Positions 29,829 to 41,128 are shown, counted from the stretch's first letter. The stretch: 62,563 nucleotides of DNA from Deltaproteobacteria bacterium (GCA_034670305.1 JAXMNT010000044.1:1-62563), one strand, 5' to 3'. A program made the numbers and translations. The notes: generated from the letters alone by a model not told the origin.

Positions 29829-32105
29829 GTGACCACGAAGCGCGACGCGCGCGCATTCGTCGCCCTGGAAGCGCGCCGCTGGGGGGCGGTGTGTGCGGCG
29901 CGGCTGGGCATGGCGAAGCAGCTCGACGCCGCGCCTAAACCAAACGAAGACCGCCGGACCCAGGCGGGTGTTCGACTCCAGACGAAGTCGTTCGATCTGC
30001 TGACGCCCGCCGCACGAGAGCGCGCGATGGCACTCGTCGAGCATCTCGACGTCGCTCGAGTGCTGCGTCGATTGCCGCGTACCCGGGACGGTCAGGTCTC
30101 GACCGGCAACGAGGGCATCGTGCTCTTGGCGCAACTCGAGGCGGTCGCGCCTCCGAAGCCGCCGAACGCGTTGTGGCTGGCGTGGAAGACTGGGAAGAAG
30201 ACGCACGAGCTGGGGGTGGGGGCGTACTCCGAGACGAACTTTCCGCACCGCTGGCACGCGCACCCGGCGCTCTTCGATGGACGGCTCGACGAGCCCGCGG
30301 CCGACATCGGGCCCGCGGCCACCCTGGCGCTGCTCGACGCAGGCCGGATCGAAGCCGCCTACGGGGCCCACAGGGTGTCGATCGGACCCTTGGTTCTCGC
30401 GCTCGCCGACGGACGTGTCACCGAAGCGTTCCCACCCTGGACCTGGCCGAGCGAGCACAAGTTCTCGGAGGCGGGCCGGGTCGCGGTCGAGTGGCGGGAC
30501 CATGTGCGCTGGCTGCTCGTGCGGGGTGCGCCGTGGAAGTTCGCCGACGCGATCAACGCAGAGATCACCCGGCGCAACCTCGGCCGGAAGGTCCAGAAGA
30601 CGAACGAAGCGCTGCGCGTCGACGCGTTGCCGCGTCAGGTCGTCACGAGCCGTGCGTGCCTCATGCTCACGAAGCGCGACGGCACACCGCACCTCTATCT
30701 CGATCGCACTTCCGTGTTCGACCGGCTTCCCGAGGTGCATTGGGTTCGTGACGAAGTCGCCGAGGTCGCGCGGCTCGGCCTCGAGGTGCCGAAGACCCCA
30801 TTGAAGAAGGCACGCAAGCCACGCCTCTCGGGGCACGCCAAGAAGATCAGTGCGCTCTTGTCCGCTGGGCGCGAGACCCAGGCGATCGAACTCTTCCGCT
30901 CGGTCGGCGATCCGGACACCTACGCGCAACTGCTCTCGGGGGTCGCTGTCGACCCGTTGGATCTCGGCGACATGCTGCGCGCCGACCACTTCGGCGACAA
31001 GGGCCAGCCTCCGCTTACGCGGTTGCTCGAGATCGTGGATTCGGCACCGGCCGAGACGTTCCCAGGCGATCCGCGACCTGCGCTCGCCGAGGTCGCGTCC
31101 CTCGCGCTCTTCGGCGACACCCACGAGCAAACCTTCTCCCTCGACGCACTCCGTTCCTTGCCCGCGTTGCGCGGTCTTCAGACCCAGAGCTTGATGCTTC
31201 AGCCCGCGTCGGCCCCGCTGCCGCTCGAATGGCTCGCGGTTTGGTCGAACTGGGTGCGCGACGACTTCGCGTTTCTCCGATCGTTCCCAAAGTTGAAACA
31301 CCTGTTCGTGAGCGACGCGGCGCTCACGTCTCTCCGGCACCTCAGCGCGTGTCCTGAGCTGCGCTCCGTTCGCATCCACCGCGCAAGCCAACTGACCTCG
31401 TTCGGTGGCCTCGAACTCGCCCACCTCGAGCGCCTCGAGTGCACGCCTACGAAACTCGCGGCGTTCGACTTCGGGGCGCTGCCTTCCCTTCGTTCCTTGA
31501 GGTTGTACCCGGGCGCCGGCGCGACCGACCGCCGCCCGCTCGGTCAACTGCGGTCGCTCGAGGCGCTCGACCTCGGCACGAAACAAGCGAGCGACTACAG
31601 CTTCCTGTACGACCTCCCGAACCTCACGCGGCTCCAGATCGGCGCGCGTGCGTCGTCCGTCGTGGGGTTGCCAACGCTGTCCAACATCGAAGTGCTGGGA
31701 TTGCATGGTCCGGTCGACGTCCCGCTGCGCGACCTGCCTGCGCTCCGGTCGCTCGATCTGTCGACCTCCAAAGAACTCCCCAACCTCGAGCGTGCGCTCT
31801 CGCAGCTCCCGGCCGACAACCAGATCCACAGCCTCTGGCTCGACGACACCCATCAGCTCACCGACCTTCGCGGCCTCGAAGCGCTGCCTCAGCTCGCCCG
31901 GATCTCGCTCCAGCGGTGCGGCCAGCTCGCGGACTTCTCGGCGCTCCTCGACCACCCGAACCCGGCTCTCGAGATCCACACGACCACCCACAAGTCGAAG
32001 CTCCCCAAAGCGCTTCGGGCACGGGTGCGTGTACAGACCCTCGCGCGCCCGTCCTACGCGATCGGCCACCACCCGATGATCTGCCCGAACCCCCGACTCC
32101 GCTGA
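29829..32105 (+). CDS. Leucine-rich-repeat protein with uncharacterised N-terminal region
   Basis: C-terminal half has repeated LxxLxxLxxLxL units (LRSFPKLKHLFV, LPSLRSLRL, LRSLEALDL, LPNLTRLQI). Confidence 0.8.
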   Translation: MTTKRDARAFVALEARRWGAVCAARLGMAKQLDAAPKPNEDRRTQAGVRLQTKSFDLLTPAARERAMALVEHLDVARVLRRLPRTRDGQVSTGNEGIVLLAQLEAVAPPKPPNALWLAWKTGKKTHELGVGAYSETNFPHRWHAHPALFDGRLDEPAADIGPAATLALLDAGRIEAAYGAHRVSIGPLVLALADGRVTEAFPPWTWPSEHKFSEAGRVAVEWRDHVRWLLVRGAPWKFADAINAEITRRNLGRKVQKTNEALRVDALPRQVVTSRACLMLTKRDGTPHLYLDRTSVFDRLPEVHWVRDEVAEVARLGLEVPKTPLKKARKPRLSGHAKKISALLSAGRETQAIELFRSVGDPDTYAQLLSGVAVDPLDLGDMLRADHFGDKGQPPLTRLLEIVDSAPAETFPGDPRPALAEVASLALFGDTHEQTFSLDALRSLPALRGLQTQSLMLQPASAPLPLEWLAVWSNWVRDDFAFLRSFPKLKHLFVSDAALTSLRHLSACPELRSVRIHRASQLTSFGGLELAHLERLECTPTKLAAFDFGALPSLRSLRLYPGAGATDRRPLGQLRSLEALDLGTKQASDYSFLYDLPNLTRLQIGARASSVVGLPTLSNIEVLGLHGPVDVPLRDLPALRSLDLSTSKELPNLERALSQLPADNQIHSLWLDDTHQLTDLRGLEALPQLARISLQRCGQLADFSALLDHPNPALEIHTTTHKSKLPKALRARVRVQTLARPSYAIGHHPMICPNPRLR

Positions 32106-32149
32106 CGGATTCGGTGGCGGCGATTCCACAGATGACCTAAGCCGCTCCC

Positions 32150-33310
32150 ATGAAGCTCGACACGCGTTCGATCGCCACGCTCGCCATTCACGCCGGCCAG
32201 GTTCCCGACCCCACCCACGGCGCCGTGATGACGCCGATCGTGCTCTCGAGCACGTTCGCGCAGAAGAGCCCAGGGGTGCACTCCGGGTTCGAGTACGCGC
32301 GCACCGACAACCCGACGCGGCACACTTTGGAAGCGTGCCTCGCGGCGCTCGAAGGCGGCACGCAGGCGGTGGCGTTCGGCAGCGGGTGCGCGGCGCTCAC
32401 CACGTTGCTGATGACGCTGCGGCCGGGCGACCACGTGGTCGCGAGCGACGACGTCTACGGCGGGTCGTTCCGGATCCTCGACAAGGTGATGAAGCCGTTC
32501 GGCATCGAGACGAGCTGGGTCGACATGACCGACGTCGCGAACATCGACGCGGCGATCACGGACGCGACCAAGCTCGTCTGGGTGGAGACCCCCACCAACC
32601 CCATGTTGAAGGTCGTCGACATCGCCGCCGTCGTGGCGTGCGTCCGGGCGAAGTCGAAGTCGATCCTGATCGGCGTCGACAACACCTTCGCGACGCCGGT
32701 TCTGCAGCGCCCGCTCGAGCTCGGCGCGGACCTCGTCGTGCACTCGCTCACGAAGTACCTCAACGGCCACAGCGACGTGGTCGGCGGAGTCGCGATCTCC
32801 TCGAACGAAGCGCTCATCGAGCAGCTTCGGTTCCTCCAGAACGCCACTGGGCCGATCCTCTCCCCGTTCGACTCCTTCATGGTGCTCCGTGGACTCAAGA
32901 CGCTCGAGGTTCGCATCGAGCGCCACTGCCAGAGTGCGCTGGCGATCGCGACGTGGCTCGAAGGACAGAAGGGCGTCGCCCGCGTGCTCTACCCGGGCCT
33001 CGAGAGCCATCCTCAGCATGCGCTCGCCGCCCGTCAGATGTCGGGCTTCGGCGGCATGATCTCGGTCACCCTGGAGGGCGGCTTGCCCGCCGCCCGCTCG
33101 TTCCTCGAGAAGACCCAGCTCTTCACGTTGGCCGAGAGCCTCGGCGGCGTGGAGAGCCTGATCGAACACCCGGCGATCATGACGCACGGCTCGGTGCCGG
33201 AAGCGACCCGAGAAGCCCTCGGCATCACCGGCGGCCTCGTTCGGCTGAGCGTGGGCCTGGAGTCCGTGGACGACTTGAAGTCCGACATCGCCGCTGCGCT
33301 GGCGGGCTGA
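32150..33310 (+). CDS. metB: Cystathionine gamma-synthase/gamma-lyase family PLP enzyme
   Basis: YARTDNPT, VETPTNP, VDNTFATP, HSLTKYLNGHSDV (PLP Lys), AESLGGVESL and RLSVGLE. Synthase versus lyase specificity cannot be resolved by eye. Confidence 0.9.
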   Translation: MKLDTRSIATLAIHAGQVPDPTHGAVMTPIVLSSTFAQKSPGVHSGFEYARTDNPTRHTLEACLAALEGGTQAVAFGSGCAALTTLLMTLRPGDHVVASDDVYGGSFRILDKVMKPFGIETSWVDMTDVANIDAAITDATKLVWVETPTNPMLKVVDIAAVVACVRAKSKSILIGVDNTFATPVLQRPLELGADLVVHSLTKYLNGHSDVVGGVAISSNEALIEQLRFLQNATGPILSPFDSFMVLRGLKTLEVRIERHCQSALAIATWLEGQKGVARVLYPGLESHPQHALAARQMSGFGGMISVTLEGGLPAARSFLEKTQLFTLAESLGGVESLIEHPAIMTHGSVPEATREALGITGGLVRLSVGLESVDDLKSDIAAALAG

Positions 33311-33477
33311 CTGGACCCGACGCACTCGGCGGTCCCGCGACTCACGTCCCGCCGCCAACGACTGACCCACCCCATCCAACGACTCGCCGTGGAGACGCGG
33401 TCTCCACCCCCGGCGTCACCGAGCCGGCACGGAGAAAACGTTGATCCCGGCGTCCCAGGCGGCGAGACTGCCGGGGA

Positions 33478-34962
33478 ATGGAGCTGAAGCCGGGTCAATC
33501 CTTGGCCGGATACGAGATCATCGATCACGTGAAGTCCGGGGGCATGGCGTCGCTGCACCTGGCCCGCAAGCGCGGGGTCGCCGGGTTCCAGCGCGCGGTG
33601 GCGATCAAGGTCGTGCACCCGGCGCTCGCGAAGGACCGGAAGTTCGTCCAGATGTTCTTGGACGAAGCCCGCCTCGCGGTGCTCATCCAGCACCCGAACG
33701 TGGTGCGGGTCGAAGAGCTGCTCGAGGCCGAGGGCACGTACCTCATGGTCATGGAGTACGTGCATGGATGCAGCCTCTTCGAGCTGCTCCGCGCGCTCGC
33801 GCAACAGGGCCGACGACTCTCGCCCGATCTCGTGGCGTGGATCGGCGCGCAGATCGCCGATGGCCTGCATGCGGCCCACGAGCTTCGAGACGAGCACGGC
33901 AACTTGCTCGACGTGGTCCACCGCGACGTGAGTCCGCAGAACATCCTCTTGTCGTACGGCGGCCACGTGAAAGTCATCGACTTCGGCATCGCCAAGTCGA
34001 GCGCGCGCGCGGACAAGACCCGAGTCGGCGTCATCCGCGGCAAGATCGGCTACATGTCCCCCGAGCAGGCCAACGCCCAACACCTCGATCGTCGAACCGA
34101 CGTGTACGCGACCGGGATCGTGATGTGGGAGATGTTGACCTCGCGTCGGCTCTTCCGCGCGGCGAACGAAGTCCAGTTGCTCGACATGGTGCGCAACCCG
34201 CAGGTGCCGGCCCCGAGCATGTTCGGCGAGATGCCCGAAGCGCTCGAAGAAGTGGTGATGGCGGCGCTGCGTCGAGACGTCACCGACCGCGTCCGGTCTG
34301 GCAAGGACCTGCGCGACCGCATCTTCGCCGCGCAACCCTCGGCGGGGTCGGTGCACTCCTCCATGCTCGCGGGCCTGCTCGCGACCGTGATGAAAGACAA
34401 GCTCCGAGAAGCGCCGCTCGGCTGGGCAGAGGCCGGGCTGACGGGTGAGCCGGCACGCCCGTCCACGAGCTTCGTGCACGACCACACCGTGGTGGCGACG
34501 CAGGCGCACTTCACCGATCCAGAGGAGGAGGTCGAAGAACTCGACGACCTCGAATCGCTGATGGCGAGCCCGCCGGGAAGCGCCCCACGCATCCTCGTGG
34601 GCTCCCGTCCCCAGCTGACCCCGATGGCGCCACCTGGCCCGGCACCCCGCCCTTCGCAGCCTTCGTTTCCACCCGCGTTCACGCCGCCTGGACCGCCGGG
34701 GCCCGCCCACCCGCCGCAGTCGTTTCCGCCTTCCTTCACGCCTCCCGGACCTGCATCGGGGCCGCCCTCTTCGGGGGGGGTCGTATTGCCCTTCGCCGAG
34801 TTCCAGGGACCGCCTGACCAGGCCCAGGCGCCCGCAGGTCGGGCGGCGGTGGTCAAGGAGCCGAGCGGGGCAGCCGGTGTGGTGATCAGTCTGATCTGGC
34901 TGTTGGTCGGTGCGTTGGCGCTTGGCGCGGCCATCTACCTCGCGACGCTCGGCTTCGGCTGA
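33478..34962 (+). CDS. Membrane-anchored Ser/Thr protein kinase
   Basis: SGGMASL, VAIK, HRDVSPQN, DFG and GKIGYMSPEQ; Pro-rich linker; C-terminal TM helix. Confidence 0.92.
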   Translation: MELKPGQSLAGYEIIDHVKSGGMASLHLARKRGVAGFQRAVAIKVVHPALAKDRKFVQMFLDEARLAVLIQHPNVVRVEELLEAEGTYLMVMEYVHGCSLFELLRALAQQGRRLSPDLVAWIGAQIADGLHAAHELRDEHGNLLDVVHRDVSPQNILLSYGGHVKVIDFGIAKSSARADKTRVGVIRGKIGYMSPEQANAQHLDRRTDVYATGIVMWEMLTSRRLFRAANEVQLLDMVRNPQVPAPSMFGEMPEALEEVVMAALRRDVTDRVRSGKDLRDRIFAAQPSAGSVHSSMLAGLLATVMKDKLREAPLGWAEAGLTGEPARPSTSFVHDHTVVATQAHFTDPEEEVEELDDLESLMASPPGSAPRILVGSRPQLTPMAPPGPAPRPSQPSFPPAFTPPGPPGPAHPPQSFPPSFTPPGPASGPPSSGGVVLPFAEFQGPPDQAQAPAGRAAVVKEPSGAAGVVISLIWLLVGALALGAAIYLATLGFG

Positions 34963-35434
34963 TCTGCGGCGATTCGTTCCGCCAGTTCCCCCCTGGAGAT
35001 CGCGGGCTGATGTCTGGGAGATGCGAGGTTGGAACCTGCAGTGCGGGCGGGCTGGAATTCGCCACCTGGAGCGGTCTCGAGATCTTGGGCTGTGCCCAAG
35101 GATCTGTCGCACCGGCGGCGCACCCGCGACATTCGTGTCCGTCACCCACGGGGCCTGGGTTCGCCGAAACCGCCCTGATCCTCCGAACTTCGGTGTTTTC
35201 TGCGTGGTACGAAAGGTGCAAAAGCTCACGCCAATGCCCAACCACGCGAGCAGGATGTTCAGTTTGGATCCACGGGGGTCTTCCCGGCCCGGGCGGATCC
35301 GCAATTGCGGACCTTCCGTTCCTGCGCTACGAGGCCGCGAAAATGGCGCTCTCGTGAAATCTCTGATGAGATCCGAAGGCCCAATCCACCCCCTTACGTT
35401 CATCCGCTCTCACTCGGACGCGGAGTAGCTTCTC

Positions 35435-36409
35435 ATGCCCCTCGACGGCACAGCCGCACGATCACGCGATTCCAATGTTCCCTCCATCGACCCGCTCGCC
35501 ACGGATGCGCGCGAGTCGCTTCGGGAGATGGCGGAAGCGATCAGCTCGCTCAGCCACCGGGTCGACACCAACTTCGGGAGCGCCGCGCGGCTGATGCACG
35601 GCACCCGTGGCCACGTCATCCTGACGGGCATCGGCAAGTCGGGCCTGATCGGCCGGAAAATCGCTGCGACCCTGGCCTCGACCGGAACCCCGGCGTTCTT
35701 CGTGCACTCGGGCGAGGCCCTTCACGGCGACCTCGGCATGTTCACCAAGGCCGACTCGGTGATCCTCATCTCCTGCAGCGGTGAGACCAAAGAAGTGTTG
35801 GCGCTCCTGCCTCGGCTGCGCGCCATCGACGTGCGCACGATCGCGCTGGTCGGCCGCCCAGAGAGCAGCTTGGCCCGCGGCGTCGACGTGGCGCTCGATG
35901 TCTCGGTTCGCCGTGAGGTCGGGCCGATCGGCATGGCGCCGACCAGCTCGACGTTGGCGACATTGGCTATGGGGGACGCCTTGGCGATCGCGCTGATGCG
36001 TCTGCGCGGTTTCGAAGCCGAAGACTTCGCGGCGCTTCACCCGGGTGGCAGCCTCGGAAAGAAGCTCGCTACGGTTCGCGACGGCATGTCGACCGATCCG
36101 ATCCCGGCGGTCTCGTGCAGCGCCACGGCCCGCGACTGCCTTCTCCGTCTGACTGGCGAGGGGGCCGCGCTCGTGCTCGTGCTCGATGGTGCCCGCCTTC
36201 GTGGTGTGGTCGGTCGGGCCGAAGCCCAGCGCGCGCTCGCGGCCGACAGCCTCGAGCTGAACGTGACCGAACTGATGAACCCTACGCCGCCCGTCGTTCA
36301 AGCCGATGTCCGCCTGGACGAAGCACGCCGACGCATGGAGCGCGAGTCGCTCGAGTCCCTCGTCGTCGTCGACCGTTCCGGTCGGGTGTGCGGATTGGTG
36401 TCGCGGTAG
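35435..36409 (+). CDS. kpsF: D-arabinose-5-phosphate isomerase (KpsF/GutQ/KdsD family)
   Basis: TGIGKSG, ATLASTGTP, EALHGDLG, SGET, APTSST and HPGGSLG; C-terminal CBS pair; first gene of the kps cluster. Confidence 0.92.
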   Translation: MPLDGTAARSRDSNVPSIDPLATDARESLREMAEAISSLSHRVDTNFGSAARLMHGTRGHVILTGIGKSGLIGRKIAATLASTGTPAFFVHSGEALHGDLGMFTKADSVILISCSGETKEVLALLPRLRAIDVRTIALVGRPESSLARGVDVALDVSVRREVGPIGMAPTSSTLATLAMGDALAIALMRLRGFEAEDFAALHPGGSLGKKLATVRDGMSTDPIPAVSCSATARDCLLRLTGEGAALVLVLDGARLRGVVGRAEAQRALAADSLELNVTELMNPTPPVVQADVRLDEARRRMERESLESLVVVDRSGRVCGLVSR

Positions 36410-36415
36410 TGACAC

Positions 36416-36865
36416 GTGGATGGGCACGGCCACAGAGTGCTTCGGCGTCTGCACGCTGAGTTCGCGCCCGCGAGCGTGGCGCTCTTCTGCCTGTGCTGCG
36501 CGTGCGGGACGGCCGCACCCACCGAACACGAGATCTTCTACACCCCCGAACTGCGCCCCGGCACCGAGCTCGCGGTCAACGACGCCGAGCGCGCCCTGCT
36601 CGAGCGGCTCCCGAGCGCCGTGGATCTCGCCGAGCTCTCGGTCGCAGGCCAAAGTTTTCAGCTCGAACCGACCTACGCGGCCGCGAGCGGTCGGCGATGC
36701 CGCCGGGTGCATTCGGATCACTTGCGGCTGGTCTGCGAAGACGCGGCCGGCCAGTGGGTGTTCGTCCCCGATCCGTTTGGTGAGCCCGCAGAGGCGACCC
36801 GTGCGGATTCGGTCGAAGCACCGGCGCTCGAGCCGGATCGTGCTTCGGACGGGTCGGTCGAATGA
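36416..36865 (+). CDS. Small putative lipoprotein of capsule loci (DVU3141-like)
   Basis: Cys-containing signal region; YAAASGRRCR...LVC....GQW pattern; sits between kpsF and kpsM. Confidence 0.55.
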   Translation: MDGHGHRVLRRLHAEFAPASVALFCLCCACGTAAPTEHEIFYTPELRPGTELAVNDAERALLERLPSAVDLAELSVAGQSFQLEPTYAAASGRRCRRVHSDHLRLVCEDAAGQWVFVPDPFGEPAEATRADSVEAPALEPDRASDGSVE

Positions 36866-37686
36866 GCGTTACGGCGTCCACTTCTGTTCCTTCCCCGCCC
36901 CGCGGGAGTGTGCTTCTGCAGGGGGCGCTCACCCAGTTTCGCGTCGTGCACGCACTGGCGCTGCGGGAGACCCGCACCCGGTTCGGCCAGCACCAACTCG
37001 GCTACATCTGGGCGCTGCTCGAGCCGATGTTTTGGATCGCGACGTTCTGGGGCTTCTACGCCTTGCTCGGCCGGACCATGCCAGGCGGCATGGAGACGAT
37101 CCCGTTTCTGGCCACCGGCATCATCACCTACGACCTCGTCATGAAGTCGGCGGACCGGGGAAGCCTGGCGATCACCGGCAACAAGGCGCTGCTCTTCTAC
37201 CCGCACGTGCACACGCTGGATCTGATCCTTGCGCGCGGCCTGCTCGAGTTCGCCACCTACGTGACGATCTTTCTGATCATCCTCGGCGGCTTCGGCTTGT
37301 ACATGGGTCGGCTCGAGTTCGACGATCTGCTGCAGGTCGCGCTCGGCCTCGGCTTGGCGAGTCTGCTCGGCATCGCACTCGGCCTGGTGTTCTGTGCGCT
37401 GAGCGTGCTTTCGAACAGCATCGACCGAATCAAGGGACCGTTGATGCGGCCGATCTTCTGGATCTCCGGCCTCTTCTTCACAGCGGACATGCTGCCGCTG
37501 AGCGTGCGCAACATGCTCCTCTACAACCCGGTGTTCCACTGCGTCGAACTCGTGCGTGGCGGCTGGTTCACCGAGTACGAGGCCCGCTACGTCGACGTGG
37601 GCTACGTGTTGTGCTGGATCATCGGCCTCGCCTTCGTCGGACTCACGCTCGAGCGGGTGGTGCGTCGAAAGGTGCAGTTGTCATGA
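36862..37686 (+). CDS. kpsM: Capsule ABC transporter permease
   Basis: ALALRETRTRFG..LGYIWALLEP, SGLFF and YNPVFHCVELVR; multi-TM. Confidence 0.92.
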   Translation: MSVTASTSVPSPPRGSVLLQGALTQFRVVHALALRETRTRFGQHQLGYIWALLEPMFWIATFWGFYALLGRTMPGGMETIPFLATGIITYDLVMKSADRGSLAITGNKALLFYPHVHTLDLILARGLLEFATYVTIFLIILGGFGLYMGRLEFDDLLQVALGLGLASLLGIALGLVFCALSVLSNSIDRIKGPLMRPIFWISGLFFTADMLPLSVRNMLLYNPVFHCVELVRGGWFTEYEARYVDVGYVLCWIIGLAFVGLTLERVVRRKVQLS

Positions 37687-38333
37687 TCGAGCTGCGAGAC
37701 GTCACCAAAGCCTACCGGACCAAGACCGGCGACCACGTCGTGCTCGACCGAATCACCCACACGTTCGAGAGCAACGTTAGCGTCGGGGTCGTGGGGCCGA
37801 ATGGCGCAGGCAAGTCCACGTTGCTTCGCATCCTTGGCGGCGCCGAGATGTGCGACGCGGGCGAAGTGATCCGCCACGGTCGCGTCTCCTGGCCGATCGG
37901 ATTCGCAGGCGGGTTCAATGGCTCGCTCACGGGCGAAGAGAACTGCAAGTTCGTCGCACGCATCTACGACGAAGACATCGACAGTGTCGTCGAATACGCC
38001 CGCGCGTTCGCCGAGATCGGCACGTACTTCCGCATGCCCGTGCGCACGTATTCGTCCGGCATGAGGGCGCGCCTCGCCTTCGGGTTGAGCATGGCCATCG
38101 ACTTCGACACGTACCTCGTGGACGAGGTCACAGCCGTCGGCGACAAGGCGTTTCAAGAGAAGTGCAAAGCGGAGTTTGCCAAACGCCGCGAACGCAGCTC
38201 TGTGATCATCGTCAGCCACCAGATGAACACGATCAAACAGTACTGCTCCAAGGTGGCGATCCTTCGACGAGGTCGGCTCGAGGTATTCGACGATCTGGAC
38301 GAAGCCCAGCAGGCTTACGAGGTGGCGGCATGA
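37683..38333 (+). CDS. kpsT: Capsule ABC transporter ATP-binding protein
   Basis: GPNGAGKST, SWPIGF, YSSGMRARLAFG and YLVDE. ATGA overlap with kpsM. Confidence 0.95.
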   Translation: MIELRDVTKAYRTKTGDHVVLDRITHTFESNVSVGVVGPNGAGKSTLLRILGGAEMCDAGEVIRHGRVSWPIGFAGGFNGSLTGEENCKFVARIYDEDIDSVVEYARAFAEIGTYFRMPVRTYSSGMRARLAFGLSMAIDFDTYLVDEVTAVGDKAFQEKCKAEFAKRRERSSVIIVSHQMNTIKQYCSKVAILRRGRLEVFDDLDEAQQAYEVAA

Positions 38334-39478
38334 CCGGACCCATTCCCGCAGACCGGCGCGTCGCGACCGTCAAAGACCTCCGCAAGCTGCGCATGCGGCG
38401 GCTCGTCTTGCGCCTGCTCATCGGTGTCGGCCTCCCAACCGCGCTGGCGTCCATCTACTACAGCGCGATGGCCAGCCCCCAATACGAGTCGGTCACAAGT
38501 TTCACGATCCAGAGCGCCGATGGTGCCGGTGGGGCCGGACTCGAGCTCCTGTTCGCTGCGGTGCCGGGCAACTCGGCCGGACGCGACACCTTGCTCGTGC
38601 AGGAACACATTCGGTCGCGGGACATGCTCGCGCACCTCGAAGCCGAAGAGAACTTCAGCAGCCACTACCAGAACGCCGATGTCGACTTCGTCTCCCGGCT
38701 CTCGGGCGATGCGGCGCAAGAGCAGCGGTACGACGACTACCTCGACAAGGTGCGGGTCGAACACGACACCGCGTCGGGCGTGCTGACGTTGCGGGTCCGA
38801 GCGTTCTCCGCAGAGAAAGCCCACGCATTCTCACGCGCCATTCTCGAAGCCAGCGAACAGGTCGTCAACGACCTGACCGAGCGCGCCCGCCGCGATCGGA
38901 TCGCGCTCGCCGAGTCCGAAGTCGAGCGGGCCGAAACGCGGCTCGGGAACGCGCGGCGCGCCATTGTCGAGCTCCAGGGTCAGGGCGCGGAACTGGACCC
39001 GACCTCGAGCGCGCAGGCGATCCTCGGGGTGCGCACCGCGATCGAATCGGAGCTCGTCGCGGCACGCGCCGAACTCAACACCCTGCGGGCGTCCCTCCAA
39101 CCGACCGCACCGCGCCTCGTGGCCCAGCGCCAGCACGTCGCGTCACTGCAAGGCCAGCTCGAGCGCCAGCGCCGCCGACTCGCGAGCGACGATACCGAAG
39201 GACTGCACACCACCATCGCGGAGTTCGAACCCGCGGTGGTCGAAAAGGAGTTCGCGGAGCGCGCGTACGAGTCCGCTGTGACCTCGCTCGAAGTCTCGCG
39301 CATCGAAGCCTCCCGCCAGCACCGCTACCTCGCGACCATCGCCGGCCCCTCGCAGCCGGACGACTCCACGTACCCGAAGATCTTCTCGTCGATCCTCACG
39401 GTCTTCGTGTTGTCCTTCGCGCTCCTCGGCATCGGCACGCTGTTGATCGCGTCCATTCGGGAACACGCGAACGTCTGA
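38330..39478 (+). CDS. kpsE: Capsule export polysaccharide co-polymerase
   Basis: Two terminal TM helices, ASPQYES, coiled-coil region and RQHRYL...P..P...YP motif. Confidence 0.9.
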   Translation: MTGPIPADRRVATVKDLRKLRMRRLVLRLLIGVGLPTALASIYYSAMASPQYESVTSFTIQSADGAGGAGLELLFAAVPGNSAGRDTLLVQEHIRSRDMLAHLEAEENFSSHYQNADVDFVSRLSGDAAQEQRYDDYLDKVRVEHDTASGVLTLRVRAFSAEKAHAFSRAILEASEQVVNDLTERARRDRIALAESEVERAETRLGNARRAIVELQGQGAELDPTSSAQAILGVRTAIESELVAARAELNTLRASLQPTAPRLVAQRQHVASLQGQLERQRRRLASDDTEGLHTTIAEFEPAVVEKEFAERAYESAVTSLEVSRIEASRQHRYLATIAGPSQPDDSTYPKIFSSILTVFVLSFALLGIGTLLIASIREHANV

Positions 39479-41103
39479 TGTTGCAGCGACGCCTCAGCCC
39501 ACGCCGCGCTCGATCCTGCGCCGTCCTCTTCGCGCTCGTCCTCGGTGCTTCGGCCACCGGGTTGGCGCAGCCCGAGACCCCGCCCCCGACCGACGCCGAG
39601 CCTGCGGCCGAACCCGCAGGCGTGCCGCCCTTCGGCGCCAACCTCTTCAGCGGCAACTACGCCGCCCAGCGTGAGAACGGGCTGAACCCCGACTACACGA
39701 TCCTCCCCGGCGACCGGGTGATGGTGAACGCCTGGGGCACGGTGACGATCAACGACGTCTTCGGCGTCGACACCCAGGGCAACGTGTTCGTGCCCGAGAT
39801 CGGACCCATCCACCTGCAGGGCGTGCGCAGCGATCAACTCACCGACACGGTGCGTGGCGCCATCGGCCGGGTCTACCGGGGCAACTTCGGCGTCTACACC
39901 AACCTGCTCAACGCGAGTCCGGTGGCGGTCTTCGTGACCGGCGGCGTGCGTCGTCCGGGCCGCTACGCCGGCATTCCCTCCGACTCGGTGTTGTTCTTCC
40001 TCGACCAGGCGGGCGGGATCGAGCCATCGGCCGGCAGCTACCGCCACGTGACCGTGATGCGGGCCGGCGCGCCGATCGCCGAGATGGATCTCTACGACTT
40101 CCTCCTGCGCGGCACGTTGCCCGAGGTGCAGTTCACCGACGGCGACACGATCCTCGTCGGCCGGCGCGGCCCTTCGGTCGAAGTCCAGGGCGCGGGCGCG
40201 GCGGTACAGGTCGAGCTGTCCGCAGACGAAGTGCCCGGTCGCGAAGTCCTCGACGTGGTCGCCAGCACTTCGCGCGCGACCGAAGTCACCCTGCGCGGGG
40301 TGCGCGGCGGTCGTCCCACCGTTCGCGCGCTCCCCACCGCTTCGTTCGCGGAGGCGCGTCTGCGAGATGGCGACGTGGTGTCGTTCCGGGAAGAAGGCCG
40401 CACCGACCACATCGTCGTGCGGCTCGAGGGCGAAGTCACCGGACCGACCGAGATCGCGGTCCGGCGCGGGGCGCGTCTTCAGGACGTGCTCAACTGGGTC
40501 CCCGTGCACGCCGAGGTCGCCGAACCAGAGATGGTGCATTTGCGGCGCACTCGAGTCGCCCGCGAGCAGCGTCGGTCGATTCAAGACAGCCTGGACCGGC
40601 TCGAGCGCAACGCGCTCCTCTCGCTCAGCCAGTCCCAGGGCGAGTCCCAGATCCGCGTGCAAGAAGCGGAGCTCGTGCGGCATTTCGTCGACCGCGCCCG
40701 CAACGTCTCCCCGCTTGGCCGCGTGGTGACGTCCAGCGGCGGCGCGCAACTCAACCTTCTGCTCGAAGACGGCGACGTCGTGGTCATTCCGACCCGCACC
40801 AACGTCGTCCGTGTCGGCGGCGAAGTGCAGATGTCGCAGGCGGTCATGTACCGGCCGGACCTGACCATTCGGGACTACGTGCGCATGGCGGGCGGGTTCA
40901 CCAACCGCGCCGAGACCAGCGCAGTGATCCTGATTCGGCCGAACGCCGAAGTGGTGTTCGGTTCGATGTCGGCCGAAGTACACCCGGGAGACGAACTGCT
41001 CATCCCGCCGCAGATCGACCGCAAGGTTTTCCAGAACGCGATCGACCTCTCCCAGGTCATCTACCAAATCGCGGTCGCTGCATCGGTGCTCTTGCGGATC
41101 TGA
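39478..41103 (+). CDS. kpsD: Capsule export outer-membrane/periplasmic protein (Poly_export plus SLBB domains)
   Basis: Signal peptide; [29 protein letters not shown] and repeated V.G.V..PG SLBB motifs. Confidence 0.9.
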   Translation: MLQRRLSPRRARSCAVLFALVLGASATGLAQPETPPPTDAEPAAEPAGVPPFGANLFSGNYAAQRENGLNPDYTILPGDRVMVNAWGTVTINDVFGVDTQGNVFVPEIGPIHLQGVRSDQLTDTVRGAIGRVYRGNFGVYTNLLNASPVAVFVTGGVRRPGRYAGIPSDSVLFFLDQAGGIEPSAGSYRHVTVMRAGAPIAEMDLYDFLLRGTLPEVQFTDGDTILVGRRGPSVEVQGAGAAVQVELSADEVPGREVLDVVASTSRATEVTLRGVRGGRPTVRALPTASFAEARLRDGDVVSFREEGRTDHIVVRLEGEVTGPTEIAVRRGARLQDVLNWVPVHAEVAEPEMVHLRRTRVAREQRRSIQDSLDRLERNALLSLSQSQGESQIRVQEAELVRHFVDRARNVSPLGRVVTSSGGAQLNLLLEDGDVVVIPTRTNVVRVGGEVQMSQAVMYRPDLTIRDYVRMAGGFTNRAETSAVILIRPNAEVVFGSMSAEVHPGDELLIPPQIDRKVFQNAIDLSQVIYQIAVAASVLLRI

Positions 41104-41128
41104 TCCGCGGAACGAGAAGGAGACGGAC

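Noticed and set aside
34963-35434. JUMPstart/ops element or ncRNA upstream of the capsule operon
   Set aside because: No GGCGGTAG ops motif or convincing structure found; probably just the promoter region.
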